Under the pieces are notes generated by a model that was not told the origin of the DNA, did not search any database, and was given only the letters and a program-made list of their open reading frames with translations. Source: Massilia sp. (lineage in GTDB: Bacteria > Pseudomonadota > Gammaproteobacteria > Burkholderiales > Burkholderiaceae_D). Taken from it: 64,000 bases of DNA. The translations under genes and the position numbers were made by a program. Below are positions 1 to 9,431 of this stretch, one piece after another. Numbering within the stretch: position 1 is the first letter of the stretch; every line of letters starts with the position of its first letter. The stretch covers positions 44,391-108,390 of the forward strand of contig JAKFDH010000138.1 of NCBI GenBank assembly GCA_036676245.1, given 5' to 3'.

Positions 1-5
1 TGGCC

Positions 6-1100
6 GTGCTCACCGAGGGCGGCAAGCAGCAGCTGCAGCAGGTGGCGGAACAGGAGCAGCCGGAACTGATCCTGTTCGACAGCGGCGGCTGCGCCCCGGC
101 GGACCTGCTGCACATCGAGGAGCTGACCAGCCGCCACCCGCACATCGCGGTGGTGCTGCTGTGCGCCGGCTGCACGCCGGAATTCCTGATCAGCGCGATG
201 CGCGCCGGCGTGCGCGAGGTGCTGCCCTCGCCGGTCGGCGCGGCCGAGCTGGAGGCGGCCGTGCAGCGCATCGGCGGCAAGCTGCGCGGCGCGCAGGGCG
301 CCAGCAAGGGCAAGGTGCTGGCCTTCATACCGTGCAAGGGCGGCAGCGGCGCCACCTTCCTCGCCACCAGCCTCGGCTTCCAGCTGTCGGAGAACCGCTC
401 GGTGCTGCTGATCGACCTCAACCTGCAGTTCGGCGATGCGCTCTCGTTCGTGCACGATGCCCGGCCGCCGTCGACGCTGGCCGACGTCGCGCGCGCCATC
501 GGCCGCCTCGATGCCTCGTTCCTGGCGGCCAGCACGGTGAAGGTGGCGCCCAACTTCAGCATCATGGCCGCGCCCGACGACCACGCGCAGGCGGTCGAGA
601 TCACCGCCGCCCATGTCGATGCGGTGCTGGCGCTGGCGGTGCAGCACTACGACTTCGTGCTGCTCGATATCGGGCGCCCGATTACCACGCTCAGCATCAA
701 GGCGCTCGACCGCGCCCACATGATCTATCCGGTGCTGCAGGCCGGCCTGCCGTCGATCCGCAACGCCAAGAAGATGCTGGCGATCTTCAAATCGCTCGAC
801 TACGGCGCCGCCAAGATCGAGCTGATCATCAACCGCTTCGACCGCAAGGGTCCGATCGGCGTGGCCGAAATCGAACGCACGCTCGGCAAGTTCACGATCC
901 ACACGGTGCCCAATTCCTACCGCCAGGTGACCGCCGCGATCGACCATGGCGAACCGCTGGTGGCCAGCGCCAGCGGCAGCCCCGTGCTGCGCGACCTGGC
1001 CGGCCTGGCCGGCGCGCTCAGTCCGCGCCCGCAGGCCGCGCGCGGCATGCTGGCCCGCCTGCTGGACCGCCCGGCCGGAGAGCGCCATGTCCTTCCGTGA
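6..1100 (+). CDS. cpaE: Tad/Flp pilus assembly protein CpaE/TadZ (receiver-like domain + MinD/ParA-like ATPase); 5' end probably outside the window
   Basis: N-terminal receiver-like region ([10 protein letters not shown]), deviant Walker [19 protein letters not shown]; directly upstream of cpaF-tadB-tadC. Confidence 0.88.
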   Translation: MLTEGGKQQLQQVAEQEQPELILFDSGGCAPADLLHIEELTSRHPHIAVVLLCAGCTPEFLISAMRAGVREVLPSPVGAAELEAAVQRIGGKLRGAQGASKGKVLAFIPCKGGSGATFLATSLGFQLSENRSVLLIDLNLQFGDALSFVHDARPPSTLADVARAIGRLDASFLAASTVKVAPNFSIMAAPDDHAQAVEITAAHVDAVLALAVQHYDFVLLDIGRPITTLSIKALDRAHMIYPVLQAGLPSIRNAKKMLAIFKSLDYGAAKIELIINRFDRKGPIGVAEIERTLGKFTIHTVPNSYRQVTAAIDHGEPLVASASGSPVLRDLAGLAGALSPRPQAARGMLARLLDRPAGERHVLP

Positions 1101-2433
1101 AAAACTCAGCGCCATCGACGGCCAGGCCGAAACGCGCGCGCAAGCGCCCGGCGGCGGCGACGACTACCACGCCATCAAGGGCCGCATCCACCTGAAGCTG
1201 CTCGACAAGTTCGACCTCGCCGCGCTCGAGGCGCTGCCGCCGGCCGCGCTGCGCGCCGAAATCGCCGCGATGGCCGAACGCCTGCTCGACGACGAGCAGG
1301 CCGCCGTCAACGAGCTCGAACGGCGCTCGCTGATCCGCGACATCCAGCACGAGATGCTCGGTTTCGGGCCGCTGGAACTGCTGATGGCCGATCCGACCGT
1401 GTCGGACATCCTGGTCAACAGCTACAACCGGATCTTCGTCGAGCGCAAGGGCCGGCTCGAACTGTCGCCGGTGCGCTTCACCGACGAAAAGCACCTGCTG
1501 CGCATCATCGACAAGATCGTGTCGCTGGTCGGGCGCCGCATCGACGAGTCGAGCCCGATGGTCGACGCGCGCCTGCCGGACGGCTCGCGCGTCAACGCGG
1601 TGATCGCGCCGGTCGCGCTGGACGGGCCGATGATGTCGATCCGCCGCTTCGCCCATATCCCCCTGAAGATGGCCAACCTGGTCGGCGACCTGCACAGCCT
1701 GACGCCGGACATGGCCACCGTGCTCGAAGGCCTGTGCAAGGCCAAGGTCAACATGGTCATCTCGGGCGGCACCGGGGCCGGCAAGACCACGCTGCTCAAC
1801 ATCCTGTCCGGCTTCATCCCGGCGCCGGAGCGGATCGTCACGATCGAGGACGCGGCCGAACTGCAGCTGCAGCAGCCGCACGTGGTGCGGATGGAGACGC
1901 GCCCGCCCAACATCGAGGGCAAGGGCGAAATCACCCAGCGCGCGCTGGTGCGCAATGCGCTGCGCATGCGACCGGACCGGATCATCATCGGCGAGGTGCG
2001 CGGCGCCGAGGCGGTCGACATGCTGCAGGCGATGAACACGGGGCACGACGGTTCGCTGACCACGATCCACGCCAACAACCCGCGCGATGCGCTGTCGCGG
2101 CTGGAGAACATGATCGGCATGGCCAACCTGAACCTGCCGCACAAGGCGGCGCGCCAGCAGATCGCCTCCGCCATCACAGTGGTGGTCCAGGCCCTGCGCC
2201 TGATCGACGGGCGGCGCAAGATCACCAGCATCCAGGAGGTCACCGGCATGGAGGGCGACACCATCACGATGCAGGAGATCTTCGCCTTTCGCCAGACCGG
2301 GGTGGCGGCCGACGGCGCGGTGGAAGGCTACTTCCAGGCCAGCGGCGTGCGCCCCAAGTTCAGCGAGCGGCTGCGCGCCTTCGGCATATCCCTGCCGGAT
2401 GCGATGTTCGACAACACCCGCCGCTACCAGTAG
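1087..2433 (+). CDS. cpaF: Tad pilus assembly ATPase CpaF/TadA
   Basis: ATG at 1087 (MSFREK); Walker [41 protein letters not shown]. Confidence 0.95.
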   Translation: MSFREKLSAIDGQAETRAQAPGGGDDYHAIKGRIHLKLLDKFDLAALEALPPAALRAEIAAMAERLLDDEQAAVNELERRSLIRDIQHEMLGFGPLELLMADPTVSDILVNSYNRIFVERKGRLELSPVRFTDEKHLLRIIDKIVSLVGRRIDESSPMVDARLPDGSRVNAVIAPVALDGPMMSIRRFAHIPLKMANLVGDLHSLTPDMATVLEGLCKAKVNMVISGGTGAGKTTLLNILSGFIPAPERIVTIEDAAELQLQQPHVVRMETRPPNIEGKGEITQRALVRNALRMRPDRIIIGEVRGAEAVDMLQAMNTGHDGSLTTIHANNPRDALSRLENMIGMANLNLPHKAARQQIASAITVVVQALRLIDGRRKITSIQEVTGMEGDTITMQEIFAFRQTGVAADGAVEGYFQASGVRPKFSERLRAFGISLPDAMFDNTRRYQ

Positions 2434-2442
2434 GAGGCCGCC

Positions 2443-3435
2443 ATGCCCAACAACGTCGCCGGCCACGTGTCGCCGCTCCTGTCGGTGCTGGTCTTCATCG
2501 CGGTGGTCCTGCTGTTCGAAGGCCTGTACCTGATGTGGAAGACCTACAAGGGGCCGCAGGCCAGGAAGATCGAACAGCGCCTGAAGACCCTGTCGGCCGC
2601 GGCCGACGGCTCGGCCCAGTCGCACCTGCTGCGCGAGCGGATGATGAGCGAACTGCCGCCGTTCCAGCGCTTCCTGCTCAGCCTGCCGAGGGCGCACCAG
2701 CTCGACCGCGTCCTGCTGCAGGCCAGCCTGCACTGGTCGGTCTCGAAGCTGCTGCTTGGCTGCGCGGCGCTGGGCGCGGCCGGCTTCCTGGCCGTGACGG
2801 CGCTGCTGCACCAGCCATTCGCCGCCGGCCTGCTGGCCGCCGCCATCAGCGCCTGGCTGCCGCTCGCCTACGTGCAGCGGCGCCGCGCGCGCCGCCTGGC
2901 CACGCTCGAGCAGCAGTTGCCCGACGCGCTCGACCTGCTGGCGCGCGCGCTGCGCGCCGGGCACGCCTTTGGCGCCGGCCTGCAGATGATCGGCGACGAG
3001 ATGGCCGAGCCGATCGCCAGCGAGTTCCGCTTCGTCCACGACGAGGTCAATTTCGGGGTGTCGCTGGAGCAGGCGCTGGCCAACCTGAGCGTGCGGGTGC
3101 CGATCACCGACTTGCGCTACTTCGTCGTCGCGGTGCTGATCCAGCGCGATTCGGGCGGCAACCTGACCGAGGTGCTGAACAACCTGTCGCGCCTGATCCG
3201 CCAGCGCCTCAAGCTGTTCTGGCACGTGCGCGTGCTGTCGGCCGAGGGCCGCATGTCGGCCTGGCTGCTGTCGCTGCTGCCGTTCGCCATCGGCGGCCTG
3301 ATGACGGTGTTCAATCCGGAATTCATGGCGCCGCTGTGGAACGACCCGCTGGGCGAAACACTGGTGCGCAGCATGCTGGTGGCGATGGCCCTCGGCATCC
3401 TGCTGCTCCGCAAGATCATCCGAATCCGCATCTAG
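2443..3435 (+). CDS. tadB: Tad pilus inner-membrane platform protein TadB (T2SS F family)
   Basis: QLPDALDLLARALRAGH, QRDSGGNLTEVL, LSAEGRMSA; several TM segments; follows cpaF. Confidence 0.93.
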   Translation: MPNNVAGHVSPLLSVLVFIAVVLLFEGLYLMWKTYKGPQARKIEQRLKTLSAAADGSAQSHLLRERMMSELPPFQRFLLSLPRAHQLDRVLLQASLHWSVSKLLLGCAALGAAGFLAVTALLHQPFAAGLLAAAISAWLPLAYVQRRRARRLATLEQQLPDALDLLARALRAGHAFGAGLQMIGDEMAEPIASEFRFVHDEVNFGVSLEQALANLSVRVPITDLRYFVVAVLIQRDSGGNLTEVLNNLSRLIRQRLKLFWHVRVLSAEGRMSAWLLSLLPFAIGGLMTVFNPEFMAPLWNDPLGETLVRSMLVAMALGILLLRKIIRIRI

Positions 3436-3446
3436 AGGGGACCATC

Positions 3447-4355
3447 ATGTTCGTGCTCGCCACCCTGGTTTGCCTGGCCGTCGCCGCCGCTTGCGCCGGC
3501 CTGTTCCTGCTGCTGGCCCCGACGCGCCTGGACCGGCGCCTGCAAACGATCGAGAACCCGGCCGCCGGCACCGACTGGAGCACCACCGTGGCGCAGGCGG
3601 TGGGGCCGTTCGCGCGGGTGCTGGCCCCGGCCGGCGACTGGGACAGTTCGCCGCTGCGCCTGCGCTTCATCAACGCCGGCTTTCGCCGCGCCGACGCGCG
3701 CCTGATCTACTTCGGCCTGAAGACGGTGCTGCCGCTGCTGTTCGCGGCCGGCGCCTGGCTGCTGCTGCGCGCCTTCAGCGCGATGGATGAAATGACGGTG
3801 CTGATGAACCTGATGATCGCGGCGCTGGCCGGCTGCTACCTGCCGAACCTGGTGCTGTGGCTGCGCCTGCGCGAGCGCAGGCGCGAAATCTTCGAGCACT
3901 TCCCCGATGCCGCCGACCTGATGCTGGTGTGCGTCGAGGCCGGCCTGGGCATGGACGCCGCGCTGACCAGGATCGCCGAGGAGATGGGCGTGAGCAGCCG
4001 CGCGCTGGCCGAGGAACTGCACCTGACCAACCTCGAGATGCGGGCCGGCGCCAGCCGCAGCCAGTCGCTGCGCAACCTGGCGCTGCGCACCGGCATCGAG
4101 GAGATCGGCACCTTCGCCACGATGCTGTCGCAGTCGGACAAGTTCGGCACCAGCGTCGGCGAATCGCTGCGCGTGTTCTCGGAAGACCTGCGCCACAAGC
4201 GCCAGGTGCGGGCCGAGGAGCACGCCGCCAAGGTGCCGACCAAGATGCTGGTGCCGCTGGCCCTGTTCATCTTCCCCTCGATCATCATGGTGGTGCTGGG
4301 ACCGGCGATGATCATCATCATCCGCACCATCATGCCGATCCTTGGCGCCCATTGA
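3447..4355 (+). CDS. tadC: Tad pilus platform protein TadC (T2SS F family)
   Basis: ATG at 3447 after GAGGGG; FPDAADLMLVCVEAGLG, AEEHAAKVPTKMLVPL. Confidence 0.93.
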   Translation: MFVLATLVCLAVAAACAGLFLLLAPTRLDRRLQTIENPAAGTDWSTTVAQAVGPFARVLAPAGDWDSSPLRLRFINAGFRRADARLIYFGLKTVLPLLFAAGAWLLLRAFSAMDEMTVLMNLMIAALAGCYLPNLVLWLRLRERRREIFEHFPDAADLMLVCVEAGLGMDAALTRIAEEMGVSSRALAEELHLTNLEMRAGASRSQSLRNLALRTGIEEIGTFATMLSQSDKFGTSVGESLRVFSEDLRHKRQVRAEEHAAKVPTKMLVPLALFIFPSIIMVVLGPAMIIIIRTIMPILGAH

Positions 4356-5076
4356 GCGGCGGGTGGCGCGGGCCGCCCGCATCCGGCTGGACCAGGCCAT
4401 GCCGGATCGCGTAGACATACATCTCGAGCCGGTTGGTGACATTGAGCTTGCGGTAGATCGAGGTCAGGTGGTTGCGCAGCGTGTGCTCGGAGATGAACAG
4501 GCGCTCGGCCACCACATGGTTGGCGCTGCCGCTGTGTGCGACGGCGGCGCTGACGATGGCGCGCTCGCGCGCCGTCAGGCTGGCGTGCTTTTCCTGCGGC
4601 TGGCTGGGCGCGGGCGCGCGCCCGGCGCCCAGCAGCTGGCCGAACACCCGGTCCATGGTGCCGGCGTCGAACCACAGTTCGCCGCGGTGGACCTTTTCGA
4701 TGGCCTTGACGACATGCTCGGCCGTCACCTCCTTGTGCAGGATGCCGCGCGCGCCGCGCCGCACCGCCAGGTCCAGCGTTTCGGTGTGGTGCGCGGCGGT
4801 CAGCACCAGCACGCGCGAAATGCCGTTGGCCAGCAGCTCGGGCAGGAAGCCGGTCATCGACACGCCGCCCAGGTCGAGGTCGAGCAGGATCACGTCCGGC
4901 GCCAGCCGCGCGGCGCCGGCCAGCGCGTCGTCGCAAGTGCGGGCCGTGCCCACCACCGCCATGCGCGGGCGTTCGGCGTCGATCAGTTTCTGCAATCCCC
5001 ACAGCATGGTCTGGTGGTCTTCGACCAGCAGCACACTGATGGCGTCCTTGTCCGGCTCCGGCGATTCGCAATTCAT
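4330..5076 (-). CDS. NarL/FixJ-family response regulator (REC + LuxR HTH)
   Basis: LLVEDH, phosphoacceptor in ILLDLDL, LuxR HTH LTARE...AERLFISEHTLRNHLTSIYRKL; 3' end overlaps tadC convergently. Confidence 0.9.
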   Translation of the reverse strand: MNCESPEPDKDAISVLLVEDHQTMLWGLQKLIDAERPRMAVVGTARTCDDALAGAARLAPDVILLDLDLGGVSMTGFLPELLANGISRVLVLTAAHHTETLDLAVRRGARGILHKEVTAEHVVKAIEKVHRGELWFDAGTMDRVFGQLLGAGRAPAPSQPQEKHASLTARERAIVSAAVAHSGSANHVVAERLFISEHTLRNHLTSIYRKLNVTNRLEMYVYAIRHGLVQPDAGGPRHPPLNGRQGSA

Positions 5077-5115
5077 CAGAACTCTCCCGAGAAGCCCCTT
5101 CCTTTAGGGCGGATG

Positions 5116-6795
5116 TCAAAATGGGATCTCCACGTAGACGATGGTGTCGTTGAACCTGCCCTGGCTGACGAAGGCCGTGCCGCCCAGGGCGATGGCGCGC
5201 TCGCTGATCGAGCGCGGCCGGAACGGCGCCGGCTGCTTGCCGCCGTGCTCGTTGTTGATCTCGATGCGCAGCATGCCGCCGCTGCAGCGCAGCGACACGG
5301 CCGCCTGTTTCGCGGCGGTGTGGCGGCACACATTGCTGATCCCCTCGCGCACGATCTGCAGCACCTCCGCCGTGAGGCGGTCGCCGAAATCGATGTGCCC
5401 GTCGATGTCGATGCGGATGTGGACGCCGTAAGCGGCCATGGTCTGCGCCGCCTGGCGCCGCAGCGCCGCCAGCAGGATCGGTTCGCCTGCGGCGGCCCCG
5501 CCGCAGGCGCCCTGGGCATAGTCGCGCAGCTGGACGATAACGTCGCTGGCCATTGCCACCAGCTTGTCGAGGTCGGCGATGAGCGGGTTCGAGGGCGCCG
5601 CCTTGCGGCACAGCGCCACCAGCCCCAGCTGCAGGCCGATGTAAGACTGGATCGCGGTGTCGTGCAGGTTGAGCGCGATCTTCTTGCGCTCGAGCGCGGC
5701 CGCGTCGGAAGCGATGCGGTCGAGCAGGTCGACGCGGTCGATCGCGCGCAGCTCCTGTTGCGCGATGCGCGCCAGGAACAGGGCGTCGGCGCGGCCGAGG
5801 TGGCGCGAGGCGGCGGTGACATAGATGCGCCCCTTGCCCCGCCCCAGGATCAAGGGGGCGCTGATGAAGGAGCCGGCTTCGAGCACGTCGGCCAGCTCGC
5901 GCAGGCGGCCCGCGTCCTGCTGCATCCAGCGGCCCGGGCCGCCGGCATGGCCCAGCGCCGTGGCCGCCATGCGGCGGCGCCACGGGCGCACATACAGCAG
6001 CACCTGGGTGCGCGGGTCGGGCAGGATGGTGCGCGCCAGGTCGGCGCCGATGGTTTCCGCCGGCACGATCGGCGGCGCCCCGGCGCGCACGGCGCGCAAG
6101 CTGTAGTGGCCGGCCTCGTGCTCGTCGAGCAGCGCGATGCAGCTGTCGGCCATGAAGAACACGCGCATCCGTTCCAGCGCGGCGGTCATGGTGCGGTCGA
6201 TGCCGAAGCGCGGATTCGCCACCTGGTTCAGGTCGTGCAGCAGGGCCTGCCTGCGCGCCGCCTGGATATGGCGCTCGCCCAGCTGCGCGATCGCGCGCCC
6301 GAACACCAGCAGCACGGCGCCGCGCAGGAACATGCGGGCCGGCGCCACCTCGGGCAGCGTGGCGATCGCGGCGGCGCAATACAGCATGACGGTGACGATG
6401 GTGACGCGCGCGCCTTCCTCGAGGCCGTAGCGCAGCGAGGCGACCATGATCGAAAAGAACAGGAATACCAGCGGGAAGATGTCGGCCTGGCCGACCGCGG
6501 CGGTCATCGCCACGCACACCACGGCATCGAGGCGGTGCATCAGCTTGCCCTCGGCCCAGCGCCCCTGGCGGCGGGCGCAGCCGTAGGCGGCGGTACAGGT
6601 CACGGCATACGCGGCCAGGATCAGCAGCGCGCTCGAGTTGACGCGGCCGGGGCCGGTCAGGTCGACCACCGTGACCAGCAATGCCGACACCGCCAGCACC
6701 AGCCTGATACGCGCCACCAGCAGGCTGTCGGCCACGTCGGCATGCGCCGCGGCGCCTGCCGCATCCTTGTCCAGCGGGGAGCTCGAACTAGCCAT
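5116..6795 (-). CDS. Membrane sensor histidine kinase, HisKA_3 type, with a degenerate ATP-binding domain
   Basis: About 5-6 N-terminal TM helices; H-box ERKKIALNLHDTAIQ; N-box EGISNVCRH; upstream of the NarL-type regulator. Confidence 0.82.
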   Translation of the reverse strand: MASSSSPLDKDAAGAAAHADVADSLLVARIRLVLAVSALLVTVVDLTGPGRVNSSALLILAAYAVTCTAAYGCARRQGRWAEGKLMHRLDAVVCVAMTAAVGQADIFPLVFLFFSIMVASLRYGLEEGARVTIVTVMLYCAAAIATLPEVAPARMFLRGAVLLVFGRAIAQLGERHIQAARRQALLHDLNQVANPRFGIDRTMTAALERMRVFFMADSCIALLDEHEAGHYSLRAVRAGAPPIVPAETIGADLARTILPDPRTQVLLYVRPWRRRMAATALGHAGGPGRWMQQDAGRLRELADVLEAGSFISAPLILGRGKGRIYVTAASRHLGRADALFLARIAQQELRAIDRVDLLDRIASDAAALERKKIALNLHDTAIQSYIGLQLGLVALCRKAAPSNPLIADLDKLVAMASDVIVQLRDYAQGACGGAAAGEPILLAALRRQAAQTMAAYGVHIRIDIDGHIDFGDRLTAEVLQIVREGISNVCRHTAAKQAAVSLRCSGGMLRIEINNEHGGKQPAPFRPRSISERAIALGGTAFVSQGRFNDTIVYVEIPF

Positions 6796-6924
6796 TGTTT
6801 GTATCCCGTTCGCTGCCTGTGTCAGGCCGGTGCCGCTACCCTTACTCCTTTGCCAATTGTAATGTTGTTACTTTTATTGCCCCATGACCTGCGTCACAGC
6901 ATTCGTCCATGCGGCGCGGAAACG

Positions 6925-6947
6925 AAAAGGCCCGCGTCGCGGGCCTT
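6925..6947 (-). terminator. Intrinsic terminator downstream of the beta-lactamase gene
   Basis: Minus strand AAGGCCCGC-GAC-GCGGGCCTT followed by TTCGTTT, just after the stop at 6951. Confidence 0.7.
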
Positions 6948-6950
6948 GGT

Positions 6951-7874
6951 TCACTTCGGCGCCGCCAGCTTCTGCTGGCGTTCGCTCTCCATCCGCTTCT
7001 GCAACTTATTCCCCGCCACGGCGGCATACTGTTCGCAGCCCTTGGGGTCGATGAAGGGATTGTTGCCGGCGGTGCGCGCCGCCAGCTTGTCCATCGTGCC
7101 GCTGCCGTCCGGGTGGGCCGACAGCACCACGTCGCACTTGAGCGCGGCGACCCTGGCGATCGAGGCCGCGAACGACGGCGTGATGTCGGGCGTCTTGTCG
7201 TCGCCGGAAAAATAGTAGCCATCGGTGGAGACCGGATTGAGGCTGTCGGCATACACGACATCGTGGCACAGCTTGCCTTCGCAGGACTGCCACGACCAGC
7301 TGGCGCCGCCCGGCGTATGGCCCGGCGTCGCGTGCGCGGTGAGCGCCAGCGGACCGAGCTTGATCACCTCGCCATCGGCCACTTCGCGCACCTTGGCCAG
7401 CTTGGCCCAGCGCGTGTTGCCGGTGGACTCGAACTGCGGATCATCGCTGCCGATCACGCCGTTGCGCAGCACGGTGGCGCCGGCCGGCGTCGACACGACG
7501 GTCGCGCCGCTGGCCAGCGCCAGCGCCGGAATGCCGCCCGCGTGGTCCCAGTGCGGGTGGGTATTGAGGATGAACTTGATGTCCTTCATCTTGAAGCCCA
7601 GCGCCTTGATGTTCCTCTCGATCAGCGGCGCCGATTGCGGCAGCGCACCGTCGAGCAGGATGTGGCCTTGCGGCCCGGTCACCAGGATGGCCGACAGTTC
7701 GGCGGTGCCCACGTACCAGGTGTTGCCGACGACCTTGAACGGCTTTTGCGGCTGGTTCCACTTGACGCAGTTGCCGCAATCGACAGGCTTGTTCGGCGAT
7801 ACCTCGTCTTGGGCATCGGCGGGCAGTACCGCGGCAAGGGCGAGCATCACTGCGATTGAACTGAATTTCGTCAT
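6951..7874 (-). CDS. Subclass B3 metallo-beta-lactamase, THIN-B-like, with signal peptide
   Basis: ATG at 7874 (MTKFSSIAVMLALAAVLPADA signal peptide); HPHWDH (HxHxDH), PGHTPG, LSAHP; WNQPQKPFKVVGNTWYVGT and LLDGALPQSAPLI closely resemble Janthinobacterium THIN-B as I recall it. Confidence 0.9.
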   Translation of the reverse strand: MTKFSSIAVMLALAAVLPADAQDEVSPNKPVDCGNCVKWNQPQKPFKVVGNTWYVGTAELSAILVTGPQGHILLDGALPQSAPLIERNIKALGFKMKDIKFILNTHPHWDHAGGIPALALASGATVVSTPAGATVLRNGVIGSDDPQFESTGNTRWAKLAKVREVADGEVIKLGPLALTAHATPGHTPGGASWSWQSCEGKLCHDVVYADSLNPVSTDGYYFSGDDKTPDITPSFAASIARVAALKCDVVLSAHPDGSGTMDKLAARTAGNNPFIDPKGCEQYAAVAGNKLQKRMESERQQKLAAPK

Positions 7875-8044
7875 TTTTCCATTCTTGAATGTCGATGGGC
7901 GGCATACGCCGGGCATGGGGGAAGAGCAGTCCGCCTGGTTCAGGCTTGCCGAACTCAAAGTACGTGCCGATCACGCCGGCCAGCATATCGGTAAATTGTG
8001 AACAAGAACAGTCCCAAGGCGCAGCCGCCCCAATGAAAAATGGC

Positions 8045-9118
8045 TCAGCGGCAGAGTGCGCTTACTGGATTTTCACCCTTCGCCGTAATAACGCCCAAGC
8101 GGTAGGGAATCTTGATGTAATCTTCCGCCCGCACTGCAGGGTCATTCCCCTGGAACAGGTATTCGAGCGGCCGGCAAGGATCGATTGTCATCGTTTGATC
8201 GGTATTGGTCCGCACCACTTCACCGTGGGAAATCCCTTCCGACCAGATCTGTTCAACATTATCGCGCGTCGCGAAAGCGTTCATTGGCGCGGAAGAGAAT
8301 GGCTCCCATCTTCCGTCCAGGCTATTGCTCTTCCAGATACGGAAGTAGCGTCCTTTTGGCGAAATTGCCTCCACCAAGGTAATGTAGGTATTCGTGTTGG
8401 CAATCTTGTAGGTATTGCTCGCCTCGAACACGTCTTCCTTTTTCTCGGCCATGACAGCGACAGTGTTACGGAAGCCATTCGGGAACTGGGCCAAGTCGGT
8501 TTCGGACCGAAGCAAACGTCCATTGTCGTCGGTGCCGAACATATAGCATTTTTTATCATCGCAGATCACCCAAAAATCCAGCCAGCCCACGCCCAGCGGC
8601 GCCTTGACGATGTCGGGTTCGACTGGAAAGAATTTTTTCGGCGCGCTCCAGGACAAGGGGTCGCCGATATCTTTCGAGCTTGAATAGAGCGGATCGGCGC
8701 CTTGATAGACGAGATACCAAGTCTTTTGCGGAGCGAAGTAAAACACTTGCGGCGCTGCGCGATAGCCTGGTCCCATGGGCGACTTATCGAGCGGGACTAT
8801 TTTCGCGGCCGATGCGTTCGACCACTTGTCAAAGCTCGTGTAGCCAAGACCCCAGCCAGTAGACCCGGCCGTCGTGAGAAATACATGATATTTTCCGTTC
8901 GCGTAAACCACCGAAGGATCTTTCACGCCGTAGATTGTCTGTTTCGGATCTGGTTGCGGCGCAACAAGCGGCGGGCTCGAAGTCCAGGTAAACGCCAGCG
9001 TGACCGGATCCGGCGCAGGCTTGCTCGTGTTGTTGGCAGCTGCATTGCTTCCACCACAACCACATACTGCCAGGGCAGCCCACAGGGCCGCCCCCCTACC
9101 GCATTTTGTCAGTTTCAT
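8045..9118 (-). CDS. GH62 alpha-L-arabinofuranosidase, probable lipoprotein
   Basis: GH62 motifs KDPSVV, APQVFYFAPQKTWYLVYQ, LDFWVI, FEASNTY, SHGEVVR..DQTMTIDPC, PYRLG; N-terminus MKLTKCGRGAALWAALAVCGC is lipobox-like; visibly lower GC than flanks. Confidence 0.85.
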   Translation of the reverse strand: MKLTKCGRGAALWAALAVCGCGGSNAAANNTSKPAPDPVTLAFTWTSSPPLVAPQPDPKQTIYGVKDPSVVYANGKYHVFLTTAGSTGWGLGYTSFDKWSNASAAKIVPLDKSPMGPGYRAAPQVFYFAPQKTWYLVYQGADPLYSSSKDIGDPLSWSAPKKFFPVEPDIVKAPLGVGWLDFWVICDDKKCYMFGTDDNGRLLRSETDLAQFPNGFRNTVAVMAEKKEDVFEASNTYKIANTNTYITLVEAISPKGRYFRIWKSNSLDGRWEPFSSAPMNAFATRDNVEQIWSEGISHGEVVRTNTDQTMTIDPCRPLEYLFQGNDPAVRAEDYIKIPYRLGVITAKGENPVSALCR

Positions 9119-9431
9119 TAGTATCGCCTCTCCTTCCGCATCAAACACCATGTGCGGCATGGAGCATTCACCGAAACACGTGCATACGGATAGGACAGGG
9201 CGCAGCGACTTCTGCAACTCGCTGTTTTTTTGAAGGAAATGTGCCAGAAATGTTAGACCGCTCGCATGCCTGGGCAAAGGCTGCATGCCGAGGAGTGGCG
9301 CCATGCCAGATCATGCGCGTCAAAAAAAAAAGCACGCATACGCGTGCAGGTGCTTCATTTGGCCTCATTTTTTGGCGCGACACCCCACGATGTCCATGGT
9401 TTCACATCGCGGGGTGCCTGTCCAAACCCGC

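Noticed and set aside
9225-9310. Possible sigma54 promoter (TGGCAC) and XylR-like box (TGTTAGACCGCT) upstream of the GH62 gene
   Set aside because: No GC at the -12 position with correct spacing, and the operator is too degenerate to support
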